DNA of 63,165 bases, the filler included. It is 4 parts of 4 records of this genome, joined end to end, with 100 filler letters (N's around TTAATTAATTAA, not from the genome) between each part and the next. Parts side by side here need not be neighbours in the genome. Positions count along the whole stretch, not along the records: positions 27,694 to 50,907 come from DRR723986_5612; 3 more parts are not named here. One strand, 5' to 3'. The notes beneath the pieces were generated by a model that saw nothing but the letters and a program-made list of their open reading frames with translations, did not search any database and was not told where the DNA came from. Made by a program: the position numbers and the translations under genes. Shown piece after piece: positions 27,727-38,419 of the stretch (the stretch's first letter is position 1; each line of letters opens with the position of its first letter).

Positions 27727-28509
27727 TCAGGTGGTTTTCAACAAAGCCCACACCAGATCCAGGACGCCGAACATGTAGAGCGCCGAAAGTGACACAATTA
27801 TCAGTAAAACCCAGCGAACGAACTTTGGGCCCCACGACACCGCCATGCGCGCAGCCAGAATCGCTCCCAGCACATTACCAATCGAAAGATATAAGGCCGC
27901 TGTCCAGTCAACTAAATCATTAAACATAAACACGGCCAGGGCAAACGGCGTGTAGAGCAAAACGATTAACAATTTTAAGGCGTTGGCGCGCACCAGGTCG
28001 TAACCCACACTCATTACAAGTCCAGCCAGCATAAATATGCCGATGCCGGCCTGAATAAAACCGCCGTACAGTCCAATACAAAAAAGTGCAATTCCCTGTG
28101 TCCAGTTGAGCTTGTCCGAAATTTCGAGGTGCTCGGAGGGAAGCCAGCGCCTGGGTTTAATGATCATGACCAAAAGCATCATGACCATGACGCCGCCGAT
28201 TACAATACGCAGGACTTCCTCGTTAAGTTCTACCGCAAATGCCGCGCCAATCAAGGCACCAACAATTGCCGGAATCGAAAGTTTAACACCGTGTTTGGTC
28301 GGCAACCGATCGTGCTGTTTAAAACTTAACACGCCCGTAGCACATTGCAATAAAATTGCCACGCGGTTTGTGCCATTCGCAACAGTTGCCGGTAATCCCG
28401 CCAACATCAGCGCCGGTAAAGTCACGAGTGAACCGCTGCCGGCCAATGTGTTAACAACACCGGCTACCAAACCCGCAAGCAGCAGAATGACGATTTGATA
28501 GAGTTCCAT
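27727..28509 (-). CDS. TauE/SafE (sulfite exporter) family membrane protein
   Basis: VNTLAGSGSL, ANGTNR, GLYGGFIQAG.G. Confidence 0.9.
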   Translation of the reverse strand: MELYQIVILLLAGLVAGVVNTLAGSGSLVTLPALMLAGLPATVANGTNRVAILLQCATGVLSFKQHDRLPTKHGVKLSIPAIVGALIGAAFAVELNEEVLRIVIGGVMVMMLLVMIIKPRRWLPSEHLEISDKLNWTQGIALFCIGLYGGFIQAGIGIFMLAGLVMSVGYDLVRANALKLLIVLLYTPFALAVFMFNDLVDWTAALYLSIGNVLGAILAARMAVSWGPKFVRWVLLIIVSLSALYMFGVLDLVWALLKTT

Positions 28510-28607
28510 GCAGTCAAGGTTCCGTGCAGTCCAGATTCCATGCGAAAAAGATGCGCAGATCTCAAAGCAAAAAGTCTGCGCTGCTGTGCATGCGTAAAGG
28601 CAAATCC

Positions 28608-29156
28608 TTAGACCGAGACCAGCTCTGCTTTGCGACGTCCATGCACCGAAGTTGAGTTGGCTGCGGATGTACTTGGCGTATCCGCTGCTGTACCGTCTGT
28701 CATTTTAAGAGATGTGACGTCAACTGCAGGTGCATTTTCCAGGTACTGCGCTTCGAGTAGGGCGGCGAGCGTGCGCATATACAAGACCACATCCTCGCGT
28801 TTGCGATGGTCCAGATTGCGTTGTTCAGGCGGCAAACGACGCAGGACATTGCGGTCGGACAATTTTTCCAGGTGCGCCAGATCGTCGAGCGTCATTCCAA
28901 TTTCGAGCATCGAAGCAATCACGTGGTCGATAGGATGTCCGCTGGTGGGGCAGTAGTCCACTGTGTGCTCACCCCAGTCGCCGGCTTTCTGCAAGGCGCG
29001 TTTATGGATTTCGGCACGTGAAAGATTTGTGACGGTTTGCGCCAGGTGCCCACAGTTGCAAGCTCCCTGATGTGACCAGGAATACTTTGCACCTTGGCTA
29101 AGACGATCGGCGCTTGTGCGCAATGCGGTGATAAGTTCAACCTGGGGACGGGCCAT
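28608..29156 (-). CDS. Hypothetical protein with a CNCG motif
   Basis: 182 aa; YSWSHQGACNCGHLAQ and YCPTSG; CAGGAAG RBS. Confidence 0.75.
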   Translation of the reverse strand: MARPQVELITALRTSADRLSQGAKYSWSHQGACNCGHLAQTVTNLSRAEIHKRALQKAGDWGEHTVDYCPTSGHPIDHVIASMLEIGMTLDDLAHLEKLSDRNVLRRLPPEQRNLDHRKREDVVLYMRTLAALLEAQYLENAPAVDVTSLKMTDGTAADTPSTSAANSTSVHGRRKAELVSV

Positions 29157-29442
29157 ATTGATTCTTCCTGCTGATGCTACTGTCCAAAACGACCTTGGCT
29201 AGATTCGCACAAGAGCGCCGCGGATATCCGCGAGGCATTTGTACGATCAGGCAATGCAAACGAACATGTGCACCCCTAAGTGCTGTCTGGAAATTTTTCG
29301 GCACCTGCTTTTTGCGCATTTTTGCACGCAGACGTGACATGAAGCTTGTGATGTGCGCCCTTATAAATCTTGTTTGAATCCGCATGCTGAAATCCACATG
29401 CTGCATTCAGCCGGCGGCGGCAGAAGAACCAAAGAGGAAAAT

Positions 29443-29868
29443 ATGTCGATTTGGAAGGTAGACATTGATATTGACGCGATGAATGCGATGCGCGCAGATT
29501 CGATGCTGGACACCTGTGGAGTGGAATTTGTAGCCAAAGGTGAGAATTGGTTGGAGGCGCGCATGCCGGTAGACAAACGCACACATCAGCCTTTTGGGAT
29601 TTTGCATGGCGGCGCTTCGGTAATGCTGGCAGAAACGATTGGCAGTGCGGCGGCCTCGCTCTGTGTTGATCCGGCTGAATTCCGCTGTGTGGGGCTGGAA
29701 ATTAACGCCAATCACATGCGCTCGGTGCGTTCGGGCTGGGTGACCGGGCGCGGCGAGCCGGTCCACATCGGCAAACGCACACAAGTCTGGTCGATCCAGA
29801 TAGTAGATGAGGAAGGCCACAAAGTTTGTATTTCGCGCATTACGGTGGCTGTGATTCCAGCGGCCTGA
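29443..29868 (+). CDS. menI: Hotdog thioesterase, probable DHNA-CoA hydrolase
   Basis: QPFGILHGGAS..LAET, GLEINANH; adjacent to men genes. Confidence 0.85.
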   Translation: MSIWKVDIDIDAMNAMRADSMLDTCGVEFVAKGENWLEARMPVDKRTHQPFGILHGGASVMLAETIGSAAASLCVDPAEFRCVGLEINANHMRSVRSGWVTGRGEPVHIGKRTQVWSIQIVDEEGHKVCISRITVAVIPAA

Positions 29869-30158
29869 ACCGCGAAAAATGCGCAGAATTGACGGCGCAG
29901 AACGCGGAAGTTGATTTGCTGAAATTTCTTCAAAAAGTGGGGAAACATTCGGCAGACTTATCCGTCAAAGAGGTCAACGCAGAACGTATGCGTTAAAGCA
30001 CAACGGGAGGACCGGCTTGAGTTCCGAAGGATTCATGACGGCGTTGCGCGAGTCAGGCCCCTTTTTGTTACGTTCCTTAGTCGTATATTTGCCGCTTGGT
30101 CTGATGCTGCATCAGCTTTGTGGCAGTTCAACAATCAATTGGGGGCAGAGACCGAACC

Positions 30159-31193
30159 ATGGTCATCATATTAAACCCAGATGCGAGTGAAAACGACATC
30201 CAGGCACTAAGTGCGGCACTGGCCTCCCGTGGCCACCGTATCTTCTGCTCGTCGTTTGACGGACGTTACGTCCTGTCACTCCAGGCCGACGCCACAATCG
30301 ACGACCAATTATTTAGGTCGTTCAGCTGCATAGACCGCGTTGTTCCCATCAAAACTGATTACCGTTTAGTCCATCGTGACGTCAAACCTGAAGGTACAAA
30401 GATTCAGGTGGGAGAGGCTGTTTTTGGTGGCGGCGCACCCGTGGTGATTGCCGGGCCCTGCTCGGTGGAAAGCCGCGATCAGATCATGCGTTCTGCCGAA
30501 ATTGTAGCGCGCCACGGAGCGCACATTCTGCGTGCCGGCGCCTTTAAGCCGCGCACCAGCCCGTATTCCTTCCAAGGTCTGGAAGAACGCGGCCTGGAGC
30601 TGCTCGCCGAAGCGCGTGAGAAGTTTGGCTTGCCGATTATCACCGAAGTTCTTGACGCTGCCGACATTGACATGGTTGCCGGATATGCCGACATCCTGCA
30701 GATTGGCAGCCGCAACATGAAAAACTACAAACTGCTCAAAGCGCTTGGCAAACTCGACAAGCCCATCATGCTCAAACGCGGCATGGCTTCTGAGCTGAAT
30801 GAACTGCTTTTGAGCGCCGAATACATCCTGAGCGGCGGCAATGGCAAAGTAATTTTATGCGAGCGCGGAATTCGCACCTTCAGCGATTTCAGCCGCAATA
30901 CACTCGACCTCAACATTGTTCCGGCTGTCAAACAGGCAAGTCACCTGCCGATAATCGTTGATCCCAGCCACGGGACTGGTCGCCGAAATCTGGTAGCACC
31001 CATGAGTCTCGCCGCACTGGCCTGCGGTGCCGATGGCCTTATCGTAGAAGTCCATCCGGAACCAGACGCGTCGCTGTCCGATGCCGACCAGGCTATCGGT
31101 GAGGAAACGTTCGCCCGATTGATGATCCAGTCACGCGAAGTATTCTCCTGGCGCACACAGCATGACGCGACACCTGTCAATTCACTTGGCTGA
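30159..31193 (+). CDS. aroF: DAHP synthase type I-beta with N-terminal regulatory (ACT-like) domain
   Basis: [36 protein letters not shown]. Confidence 0.95.
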   Translation: MVIILNPDASENDIQALSAALASRGHRIFCSSFDGRYVLSLQADATIDDQLFRSFSCIDRVVPIKTDYRLVHRDVKPEGTKIQVGEAVFGGGAPVVIAGPCSVESRDQIMRSAEIVARHGAHILRAGAFKPRTSPYSFQGLEERGLELLAEAREKFGLPIITEVLDAADIDMVAGYADILQIGSRNMKNYKLLKALGKLDKPIMLKRGMASELNELLLSAEYILSGGNGKVILCERGIRTFSDFSRNTLDLNIVPAVKQASHLPIIVDPSHGTGRRNLVAPMSLAALACGADGLIVEVHPEPDASLSDADQAIGEETFARLMIQSREVFSWRTQHDATPVNSLG

Positions 31194-32250
31194 AGCCACG
31201 CGCAACATTCCTCTTTGTGTTGGGTCGGATGCTCTGGCCCAACTTTCGGCCTATGTTAGAACACACTATGCGCAGCATCGCATCTGTGCGGTTGTTGACT
31301 CCAAAGTTCTAGACCTGCATTCAGACGCGCTGCGCCGCACTTTTGCGCACTTTGAACATTTCACCGAATTTTTGACTGTTGCGGGCGGTGAGGCATCCAA
31401 GAGCCGCGCGATGCTCGAAGCTCTGCATGATCAGATGCTGGCAGCCGGTTTTGGGCGTGATACGCTTGTGATAGCTGTCGGCGGCGGCGTGATTGGTGAT
31501 CTGGTGGGATTTGCAGCCGCAACCCTCCACCGCGGTTTGCCCTTTATTCAGGTGCCGACGACGGTGCTGGCACAAGTCGATGCATCAATTGGCGGCAAAG
31601 TTGGCATCAACCATCCGCGCGGCAAAAACCTGCTGGGCGCTTTCCATCAACCCGTGGCAATTTTCAGCGATGTACGTTTCCTTGCGACTCTCGAACCTGT
31701 CGAATTCACCAACGGCATGGCCGAAGTCATCAAAATTGCGGCGGTGGCTGATCCGGATTTTGTGAGCTTTTTGGAAGCCGAGCGCAGCGCGATTCTACAG
31801 CTGTCAGCTGAGCAACTCAGCCAAGCGATTGTGCATGCGGCCGACCTCAAGTCTCAAGTCGTGATGTCGGATGAACTGGAAACAGGACGGCGCGCGATTC
31901 TCAACTTCGGCCACACCGCCGGGCATGCGCTCGAAGCGCTCAGCAGCTACAAAGTCAAACATGGATTTGCTGTGGCGGCGGGCATGCGTGTGGCCTTGCA
32001 GCTCTCACGAAGGCTGCGCGCGTTAGGGCAGGTTCCCGCCCAGCGAATAACAGAATTATTGGCAGACTATTCGCTTGACACTGTTAGCCTTAAGTCTTTT
32101 GACAGCAAAGAGTTATGGCAGGTGATTCAAAGTGATAAAAAGGTGCGCGGCGGCCGGCCGCGCTTTGTTCTACTCAGTGCCCTGGGGCTACCGGCATTTA
32201 ATTTGCCCGTCACCTATGAGGAGTTTGCCGATGCAATTGCCGCCACTTGA
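31162..32250 (+). CDS. aroB: 3-dehydroquinate synthase
   Basis: [30 protein letters not shown]. Confidence 0.95.
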   Translation: MTRHLSIHLAEATRNIPLCVGSDALAQLSAYVRTHYAQHRICAVVDSKVLDLHSDALRRTFAHFEHFTEFLTVAGGEASKSRAMLEALHDQMLAAGFGRDTLVIAVGGGVIGDLVGFAAATLHRGLPFIQVPTTVLAQVDASIGGKVGINHPRGKNLLGAFHQPVAIFSDVRFLATLEPVEFTNGMAEVIKIAAVADPDFVSFLEAERSAILQLSAEQLSQAIVHAADLKSQVVMSDELETGRRAILNFGHTAGHALEALSSYKVKHGFAVAAGMRVALQLSRRLRALGQVPAQRITELLADYSLDTVSLKSFDSKELWQVIQSDKKVRGGRPRFVLLSALGLPAFNLPVTYEEFADAIAAT

Positions 32251-33736
32251 AATGCCCTTTAAGTTTGATCCGGAAAACAGTACACGCACCCAAATCTGCT
32301 TGAGCATCATGCTCGAACGCGATTGGAATGTCGAGGATATTTTAGCACGTGCGGCCAATGCCGATGCCCTGGAGTTGCGCCTGGACAAAGTTCCGCAGGC
32401 CGATGTTGCCGAGCTGTGCAGGCGCTTCGCAGGGGAAACTATCGCAACAATCCGCAGAGCGCGCGACGGCGGTGTTTGGCGTGGACATGCCGGCGACCGG
32501 CTCAAACAGCTCAAACGACTGGCGGCGACCGTCACCTATGTTGATGTCGAGTTTGACCTGTTTGATAAGTTCATGGCGCTGATGCAAAACCAGCCACAGG
32601 ATTTTGGGGTCATCTGTTCATGGCATGTCCAGACTGAAGAACTGGCGACTCTGTATGAAAATCTCGCTGTATTCACCGAATGTATTCCCAACGTGCATAA
32701 GCTCGTTTTGCCTGCGGGCATGCCGCTGCATCATTACCTTGACATACAGTCCTACTTCTTTCGCATTCCCACGGTGAACTTGGCAGTTGTACATGGTCTG
32801 GGCGCAAATGCCGGCTGCACACGGATTTTAGGATCGACGCAGTTTAACCTCTGGACCTATGTAGCCGAAGATGCGGCGAATGCAACCGCAAGTGGGCAGG
32901 TCACACTCGCTGAGGCGCGTGACCTCTACGGCCTGCATCTGCGCGACTTTGATGCGCGCCGCTGCGGCATCATCGGTTATCCGCTGGGGCAGAGCAAGAG
33001 TCTAGAGCTGCACAACCGCCTGGCGAGCACCATGGGCCTCAACCTGTGTTACGTGGCCTGTGAGGTGGAATCTGAACTGGAGGCGATGGACCTGCTGCCT
33101 GAGCTGAGTTGCTGGAGTGTAACCCTGCCACATAAAGAACTTGCCGCGAAAATGGCGCAGGAAATGAGCGTTGAAGCCCAGCGGTCCGGCGTCTGTAACA
33201 CACTTATCTATCGGCCCGACGGCACGACTTACGGAACCAATACCGATGTTCTGGCGATGATGAACCTGCTGATGGAGCATGTGGACAGCGTCTCGAATGC
33301 CCTCGTCTACGGCAGCGGCGCTACGGCACGCTCCGCAATCGCCACCCTCAGATTGCTTGGCATCAATGATATCAGCCTGGCGGCGCGCAATCCGGCAGCA
33401 TGTGACGAGCTGATCGAGAAATTTGAGCTTCAGGCTGCCGAGCTCGGCACGCCGTACGATCTCGTCATCCAGAGCAGTGCCGCCGGAATGTGGCCCAAAT
33501 CAGACGAACTTTCACCTGCAGCGCAATACCTGCCGGGCGCAAAATTTGCACTTGACGTGGTCTACAATCCAGCGCAAACGCGCTTCCTGGAACGTGCTGC
33601 CGAACTGGGCGTTGAGACGCGAATTTCTGGTGAACGCATGTTCCTCTTGCAGGCGCGCCATCAGTTTGAGCTGTTCACCGGACACCTGCCGGAGATGCAA
33701 CTCCTCGAAAAAATCTGGGGAGAAATCCACACGTGA
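32231..33736 (+). CDS. aroE: Bifunctional type I 3-dehydroquinate dehydratase / shikimate dehydrogenase (AroD-AroE fusion)
   Basis: N-terminal ELRLD, YVDVE, SWH, HKLV, SGQ; C-terminal SVTLPHK, CNT, NTD, GSGATAR, DVVYNP; GAGGAG RBS. Confidence 0.88.
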   Translation: MQLPPLEMPFKFDPENSTRTQICLSIMLERDWNVEDILARAANADALELRLDKVPQADVAELCRRFAGETIATIRRARDGGVWRGHAGDRLKQLKRLAATVTYVDVEFDLFDKFMALMQNQPQDFGVICSWHVQTEELATLYENLAVFTECIPNVHKLVLPAGMPLHHYLDIQSYFFRIPTVNLAVVHGLGANAGCTRILGSTQFNLWTYVAEDAANATASGQVTLAEARDLYGLHLRDFDARRCGIIGYPLGQSKSLELHNRLASTMGLNLCYVACEVESELEAMDLLPELSCWSVTLPHKELAAKMAQEMSVEAQRSGVCNTLIYRPDGTTYGTNTDVLAMMNLLMEHVDSVSNALVYGSGATARSAIATLRLLGINDISLAARNPAACDELIEKFELQAAELGTPYDLVIQSSAAGMWPKSDELSPAAQYLPGAKFALDVVYNPAQTRFLERAAELGVETRISGERMFLLQARHQFELFTGHLPEMQLLEKIWGEIHT

Positions 33737-35004
33737 GGCGCACAATTCCCACCGGATTTATCGCGGGAGACATCGCCGCTCCGCCCTCCAAAAGTTACTC
33801 ACATCGCCGGCTGATTATCAGTGCCTTGGCCGGTGGCGGACGTGTGCTGCGTCCACTTGACGCCGATGATGTGCAGGTGACCTTAAGTGCCTTAAAATCA
33901 TTGTCTTATGACTTTGAACGTGAAGCTGATTCGATCGTGTTTCACGGTCGTAATTCCGCACCTGTCAGTCCAAATTTGGATGCGGGCGAAAGTGGTACGA
34001 GTGCGCGTTTTTTGACGGCATTGGCGGCGCTGGAATCCACCGAAATTCGGCTGAGCGGCAGTGGACGGATGCACAAACGCCCCTTCAAACCTCTGCTGGA
34101 TGTTCTGCGCCAATTGGGTGTCGCCTGCACCTCAAAAGATGGTTTTCCACCTCTGCAGATTCGCGGTCCCCTGCGTCAGGGTGGTCGTGTGGTGGTCAGC
34201 GCTGCGCAGTCTTCGCAGTTTGTTTCGGCCCTGATGCTGGTTGCGCCGCTGCTGCGTGATGGCCTGCAATTGAGCCTCGAAGGCCCCGTGCGTTCACGTC
34301 CCTACATTGAAATTACAGCGGTCTGCATGCGTGAAGCGGGGATTGATGTGCGGCTCAGCGAGCGCGAAATTCAGGTGTCGCCGGGCAAGTACATTCCGCG
34401 CGACTACGTGGTTGAGGGCGACTGGTCCAACGCCGCGTACTGGCTTATTGGAGCTGCCATCGGTGGCTCTTCTTTACGCGTTTCCAATTTGCGTTCCGAC
34501 TCTGTGCAAGGTGATCGCGCGCTTGTCGACATCTTGCGTGGCTGTGGTGTGGACCTGACCTGGCAGAGCAAACCTAAGCATGAGTTTCTTGTTTTGCACC
34601 GATCCGGAAGACTGAAGTCATTCAGTGCAGATATTGAGTCAACACCCGATCTTGCTCCGAGTCTGGCGGTGCTGGCGCTCTTCTGTGAGGGCAGGTCTGA
34701 ATTGCACAATGTGGCCATCTTACGCCACAAAGAGTCTGACAGGCTGGCGGCTTTAGTCCATAATTTGCAACAACTTGGAGCTACAGCTGAAAGTGATGGT
34801 CGAACTCTGCACATCACACCGCCGCCGCAAATTCAGCCGGCACAACTGCGCACATTTGGTGACCATCGCATCGCAATGAGCTTTGCCATGGCCGGCCTGC
34901 GCACAGCTGGAATTGAGCTGGATGACGCCTCAGTCGTCAGTAAATCCTATCCGCATTTCTGGCGCGATTTTGAGCAGGTGCACCATGCCGCGGAGGCTGT
35001 ATGA
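33733..35004 (+). CDS. aroA: EPSP synthase
   Basis: PSKS.SHR, GESGTSAR, SSQFVSAL, KESDR, DHRIAM. Confidence 0.95.
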   Translation: MRRTIPTGFIAGDIAAPPSKSYSHRRLIISALAGGGRVLRPLDADDVQVTLSALKSLSYDFEREADSIVFHGRNSAPVSPNLDAGESGTSARFLTALAALESTEIRLSGSGRMHKRPFKPLLDVLRQLGVACTSKDGFPPLQIRGPLRQGGRVVVSAAQSSQFVSALMLVAPLLRDGLQLSLEGPVRSRPYIEITAVCMREAGIDVRLSEREIQVSPGKYIPRDYVVEGDWSNAAYWLIGAAIGGSSLRVSNLRSDSVQGDRALVDILRGCGVDLTWQSKPKHEFLVLHRSGRLKSFSADIESTPDLAPSLAVLALFCEGRSELHNVAILRHKESDRLAALVHNLQQLGATAESDGRTLHITPPPQIQPAQLRTFGDHRIAMSFAMAGLRTAGIELDDASVVSKSYPHFWRDFEQVHHAAEAV

Positions 35005-35576
35005 CGCCGAATGGCCGGCATGTTGGCCGCGCGCCTGCAGCGCAGAAACGGCTCGACAAAATAGTACTGATTGGATACCGCGCGGCGGGTAAATCGACCC
35101 TGGCGCGACATCTGGCGCAGGTCTCGGGGCTCGCGGCCCATTCGACAGATGTAATCATCGCACGGCGCGCAGGCATGCGGCTCGAGGACCTGATCGAATC
35201 CAAAGGCTGGCCGGCATTCCGTGAGATGGAAGTGCAGGTGGTCCAGCAGCTCTGCCGTCAGGCATCAATAATTGTGGACTGTGGCGGCGGAGTAGCTACC
35301 TCAGCCGCGTCAATGGAATGTCTGGCGGCGCATGGTCTGCTGGTGCACGTGCACGCCGATATTGACCTGATTCGGCAGCGTCTGCATGCGGCTCCGCGGC
35401 CGCTCCTGGCAGCCACCAATGTGGACGCAGATATTGCGTCCACCTACGAGGCGCGCCACAGACTCTACCAGCGCTGGGCGGACATACGAGTTGATACCGG
35501 CGCTGCCGCTGCGGCAGAACTGGCGGAAAATATTTGGCGAAAATTCACGCAACTGCGATCGGCATATGAGCGCTAA
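35001..35576 (+). CDS. aroK: Shikimate kinase
   Basis: GYRAAGKS P-loop, FRE.E, CGGG, RPL. Confidence 0.9.
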   Translation: MTPNGRHVGRAPAAQKRLDKIVLIGYRAAGKSTLARHLAQVSGLAAHSTDVIIARRAGMRLEDLIESKGWPAFREMEVQVVQQLCRQASIIVDCGGGVATSAASMECLAAHGLLVHVHADIDLIRQRLHAAPRPLLAATNVDADIASTYEARHRLYQRWADIRVDTGAAAAAELAENIWRKFTQLRSAYER

Positions 35577-36978
35577 TCTCTTCGGTGAAATCTTCAGAGT
35601 TACGACCTTTGGTGAGAGCCATGGGCCGGCAATCGGTGTCCTGATTGACGGTGTACAGCCCAACCTGCCGATAGATCAGGCGGCGATTCAAGCCGAACTG
35701 GACAGGCGCCGGCCGGGGCAGAGCAGTATCACCACGCAGCGCAGCGAGGATGATCGCGTCGAGATTTTGAGTGGAGTTTTTGAAGGCCTGACGACAGGAA
35801 CACCGATTTGTATGCTGATCCGCAACAAGGATCAGCGCTCACGTGATTATGGCAATCTGGCTCAAGTGCTGCGGCCTGGACATGCCAGCTACACCTACCT
35901 GCGCAAATACGGCATATTTGACTACCGCGGTGGCGGACGTGCCAGTGGACGCGAAACCGCCACACGTGTAGCTGCCGGAGCGCTTGCCAAACAATTTCTG
36001 GCGCAGCGCGGCATCCAGATTAATGCGTATACCCACTCAATTGCCGATGTGACCATTGCGACATTTGATGCGGCGATCATTGAAGAAAACAGCGTGCGCG
36101 CTCCCGATGCAATCGCCGCAGACGCCATGATTAAAGCCATCGAACAAGCCCGCGATGCCGGTGATTCGCTCGGCGGCACAATTGGCATTCGCGTCAGTGG
36201 ACTACCGGTCGGATTGGGTGAGCCCGTCTTCCACAAGCTGGAAGCCGAAATGGCGGGGGCGCTGCTTTCAATTGGTGCAGTCAAGGCTTTTGAGATTGGC
36301 AGCGGCGTGCAGGCGGCGGTCCTGCCGGGATCGGAACACAATGACAGTTGGTATTTTGATGAGGCGCTGCAGCGTCCACGCACGCGCAGCAATAATGCAG
36401 GTGGTACCCTTGGCGGCATTTCCAATGGGGAAGACCTTGAGATGCGCATTGCCGTCAAGCCGCCATCTTCAATCCGCAAAGACCAGGAAACAATTAACCA
36501 GCAGGGAGAGTCGGTGCGTCTGAGCACCGGCGGGCGCCACGATCCATGCATCTGCCCGCGCGTAGTACCTGTAGCCGAATCGATGGTCGCACTGGTGCTG
36601 ATTGATCAGATACTTCTGCAGGAACGGCTGGAGACTTCCAGTCCTGAACCGGCAGACCCTCAAGCCAAAATCTCCGAGGCTGCACGCAAAATTGAGACGA
36701 TAGATGTGCAGCTGGCCATGCTGGTAGCGCAGCGGCGCGCACTACAGACGGCCGGATCGGACGTCTCCGCGGCTTCCGCCAATCCAGCACTTGAGCAAGC
36801 TGAGCACCTTCTGGAGTTAACCCCGGCTGAGCGCCGCGCGCTGAATTCACTGCGCCGGGCGCAGATGGATCAGAGTCTGGCGGGTCAAGCCTCCGCGCAC
36901 TCAACAGAACACGCGCAGCAAACCACTAGCAGCCGCTCCGTTAACAACAGCCAAACTGCAAACGAGAATTCAAAATGA
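35566..36978 (+). CDS. aroC: Chorismate synthase with a ~110-aa C-terminal extension
   Basis: TTFGESHG, RPGHA, GGGRASGRET, GGISNG, GRHDPC; tail resembles AroQ helix 1. Confidence 0.93.
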   Translation: MSANLFGEIFRVTTFGESHGPAIGVLIDGVQPNLPIDQAAIQAELDRRRPGQSSITTQRSEDDRVEILSGVFEGLTTGTPICMLIRNKDQRSRDYGNLAQVLRPGHASYTYLRKYGIFDYRGGGRASGRETATRVAAGALAKQFLAQRGIQINAYTHSIADVTIATFDAAIIEENSVRAPDAIAADAMIKAIEQARDAGDSLGGTIGIRVSGLPVGLGEPVFHKLEAEMAGALLSIGAVKAFEIGSGVQAAVLPGSEHNDSWYFDEALQRPRTRSNNAGGTLGGISNGEDLEMRIAVKPPSSIRKDQETINQQGESVRLSTGGRHDPCICPRVVPVAESMVALVLIDQILLQERLETSSPEPADPQAKISEAARKIETIDVQLAMLVAQRRALQTAGSDVSAASANPALEQAEHLLELTPAERRALNSLRRAQMDQSLAGQASAHSTEHAQQTTSSRSVNNSQTANENSK

Positions 36979-38375
36979 TTCAGCCCTTACAGGATGCCCT
37001 CCGCCAGGCGCAGCAGACACTTAAACCTTCAGCCCTGGCACCAGGGGAAAAGCGCGTTTTTAGAATCGAAGTCCCGATTGATTCGCTCGACTGTCTGCAT
37101 TGGCTGCACGCGCAGCAAGGTGCGCGCAAATTCTATTGGAAAACGCGCGACGGTAGTTTTGAAGTTGCAGGGTTTGGAGTTGCCGATGCAATCAACTGTG
37201 ACGAACATGGCCGTAGCGCGGATGTTTTCACGAACATTCAGGAGCGTCTTGGCAATCAGTCCGGCCGCGCACGTTATTTCGGCGGCTTGCGCTTTGATCC
37301 GCAGCGCCGTGCCGACAAAAACTGGCTTGCCTTTGGCCGCGCCGCTTTTGTGTTGCCGGAGATTGAGATAAGCCGTCGCAAGGAACGCTCGGTTCTGGCA
37401 TGGCAGGCATTGTTGGATCGCGATAGTGACCTGGATGCCATTTTGGCGGCCGCACAGCAAAGCTGCGCGGCAATCAGGGCCGTCAAAACGCCCGTCGTTC
37501 GGTCTATTGATGTAAGGGCGCGCCGTGATGTACCAGACTTAAACGGCTGGACCAAAATGATTGAACGCGTGGTGGATGCGGCGTCAATTGAAGATGTTTC
37601 CAAAGTTGTGCTGGCACGCTGCAGTTCTTTGTACTGCTCTGAAGTGCCGGACCCGATTGATATTCTTGTTAATATGCGCAGCGTAGATCCGAACACCTAT
37701 CTGTTTGCCTTCAGTCTGGAAGACCGCACCTTCCTGGGCGCACCGCCGGAACGCTTGTACAAACGCGCCGGCACCAGCATTGAGACTGAAGCTCTGGCCG
37801 GCACGCGGCCGCGGGGCCGCACAGATGCCGAGGACGAAAATCTTGGTGATGAACTCCTGCAGTCCGCGAAGGACCGTTATGAGCACGCCCTGGTCTGGGA
37901 ACGCATCAGCCGCCAGCTTAAGATGCTGGGAGTAACGGTGGATGAACAGCGCGAAGTCAGGTTGATGCGTCTGGCGCGTGTGCAGCACCTCTACAGTTTT
38001 GTAGATGGGCGCATGAGCAGTTCTATTGCTGAGTCGCATTTACTTGAGGCTTTGCACCCGACGCCTGCCGTTGGTGGTGAGCCGCGCGGCATGGCGCGCG
38101 ATTTGATTGAAGAACTTGAAGATGTTGACCGCGGCTGGTACGCTGGACCGATTGGCTGGGTGGCGAATGATGCCAGTGAGTTTGCGGTGGCAATCCGTTC
38201 GGCATTGCTGCACGGCCCTGCCTTACATTACTATTCCGGGGCCGGCATTGTCGCGGCTTCGGATCCAATTTCTGAGTGGAGTGAGATTGAGAACAAGATG
38301 TCGGCTTTCCTGAGCGCTCTGGCGGGAAACGGGGGCCGGACTGACAATCGCAGCGATGCAAATGATGATGCCTGA
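36975..38375 (+). CDS. menF: Isochorismate synthase
   Basis: KVVLAR, PERL, ALAGT, LHPTPAVGG, GWYAG, GAGIV. Confidence 0.92.
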   Translation: MIQPLQDALRQAQQTLKPSALAPGEKRVFRIEVPIDSLDCLHWLHAQQGARKFYWKTRDGSFEVAGFGVADAINCDEHGRSADVFTNIQERLGNQSGRARYFGGLRFDPQRRADKNWLAFGRAAFVLPEIEISRRKERSVLAWQALLDRDSDLDAILAAAQQSCAAIRAVKTPVVRSIDVRARRDVPDLNGWTKMIERVVDAASIEDVSKVVLARCSSLYCSEVPDPIDILVNMRSVDPNTYLFAFSLEDRTFLGAPPERLYKRAGTSIETEALAGTRPRGRTDAEDENLGDELLQSAKDRYEHALVWERISRQLKMLGVTVDEQREVRLMRLARVQHLYSFVDGRMSSSIAESHLLEALHPTPAVGGEPRGMARDLIEELEDVDRGWYAGPIGWVANDASEFAVAIRSALLHGPALHYYSGAGIVAASDPISEWSEIENKMSAFLSALAGNGGRTDNRSDANDDA

Positions 38376-38419
38376 GCCAGAATCGTCAAAGACTTTTGGC
38401 TTCTAACCCAGTGCAAAAC

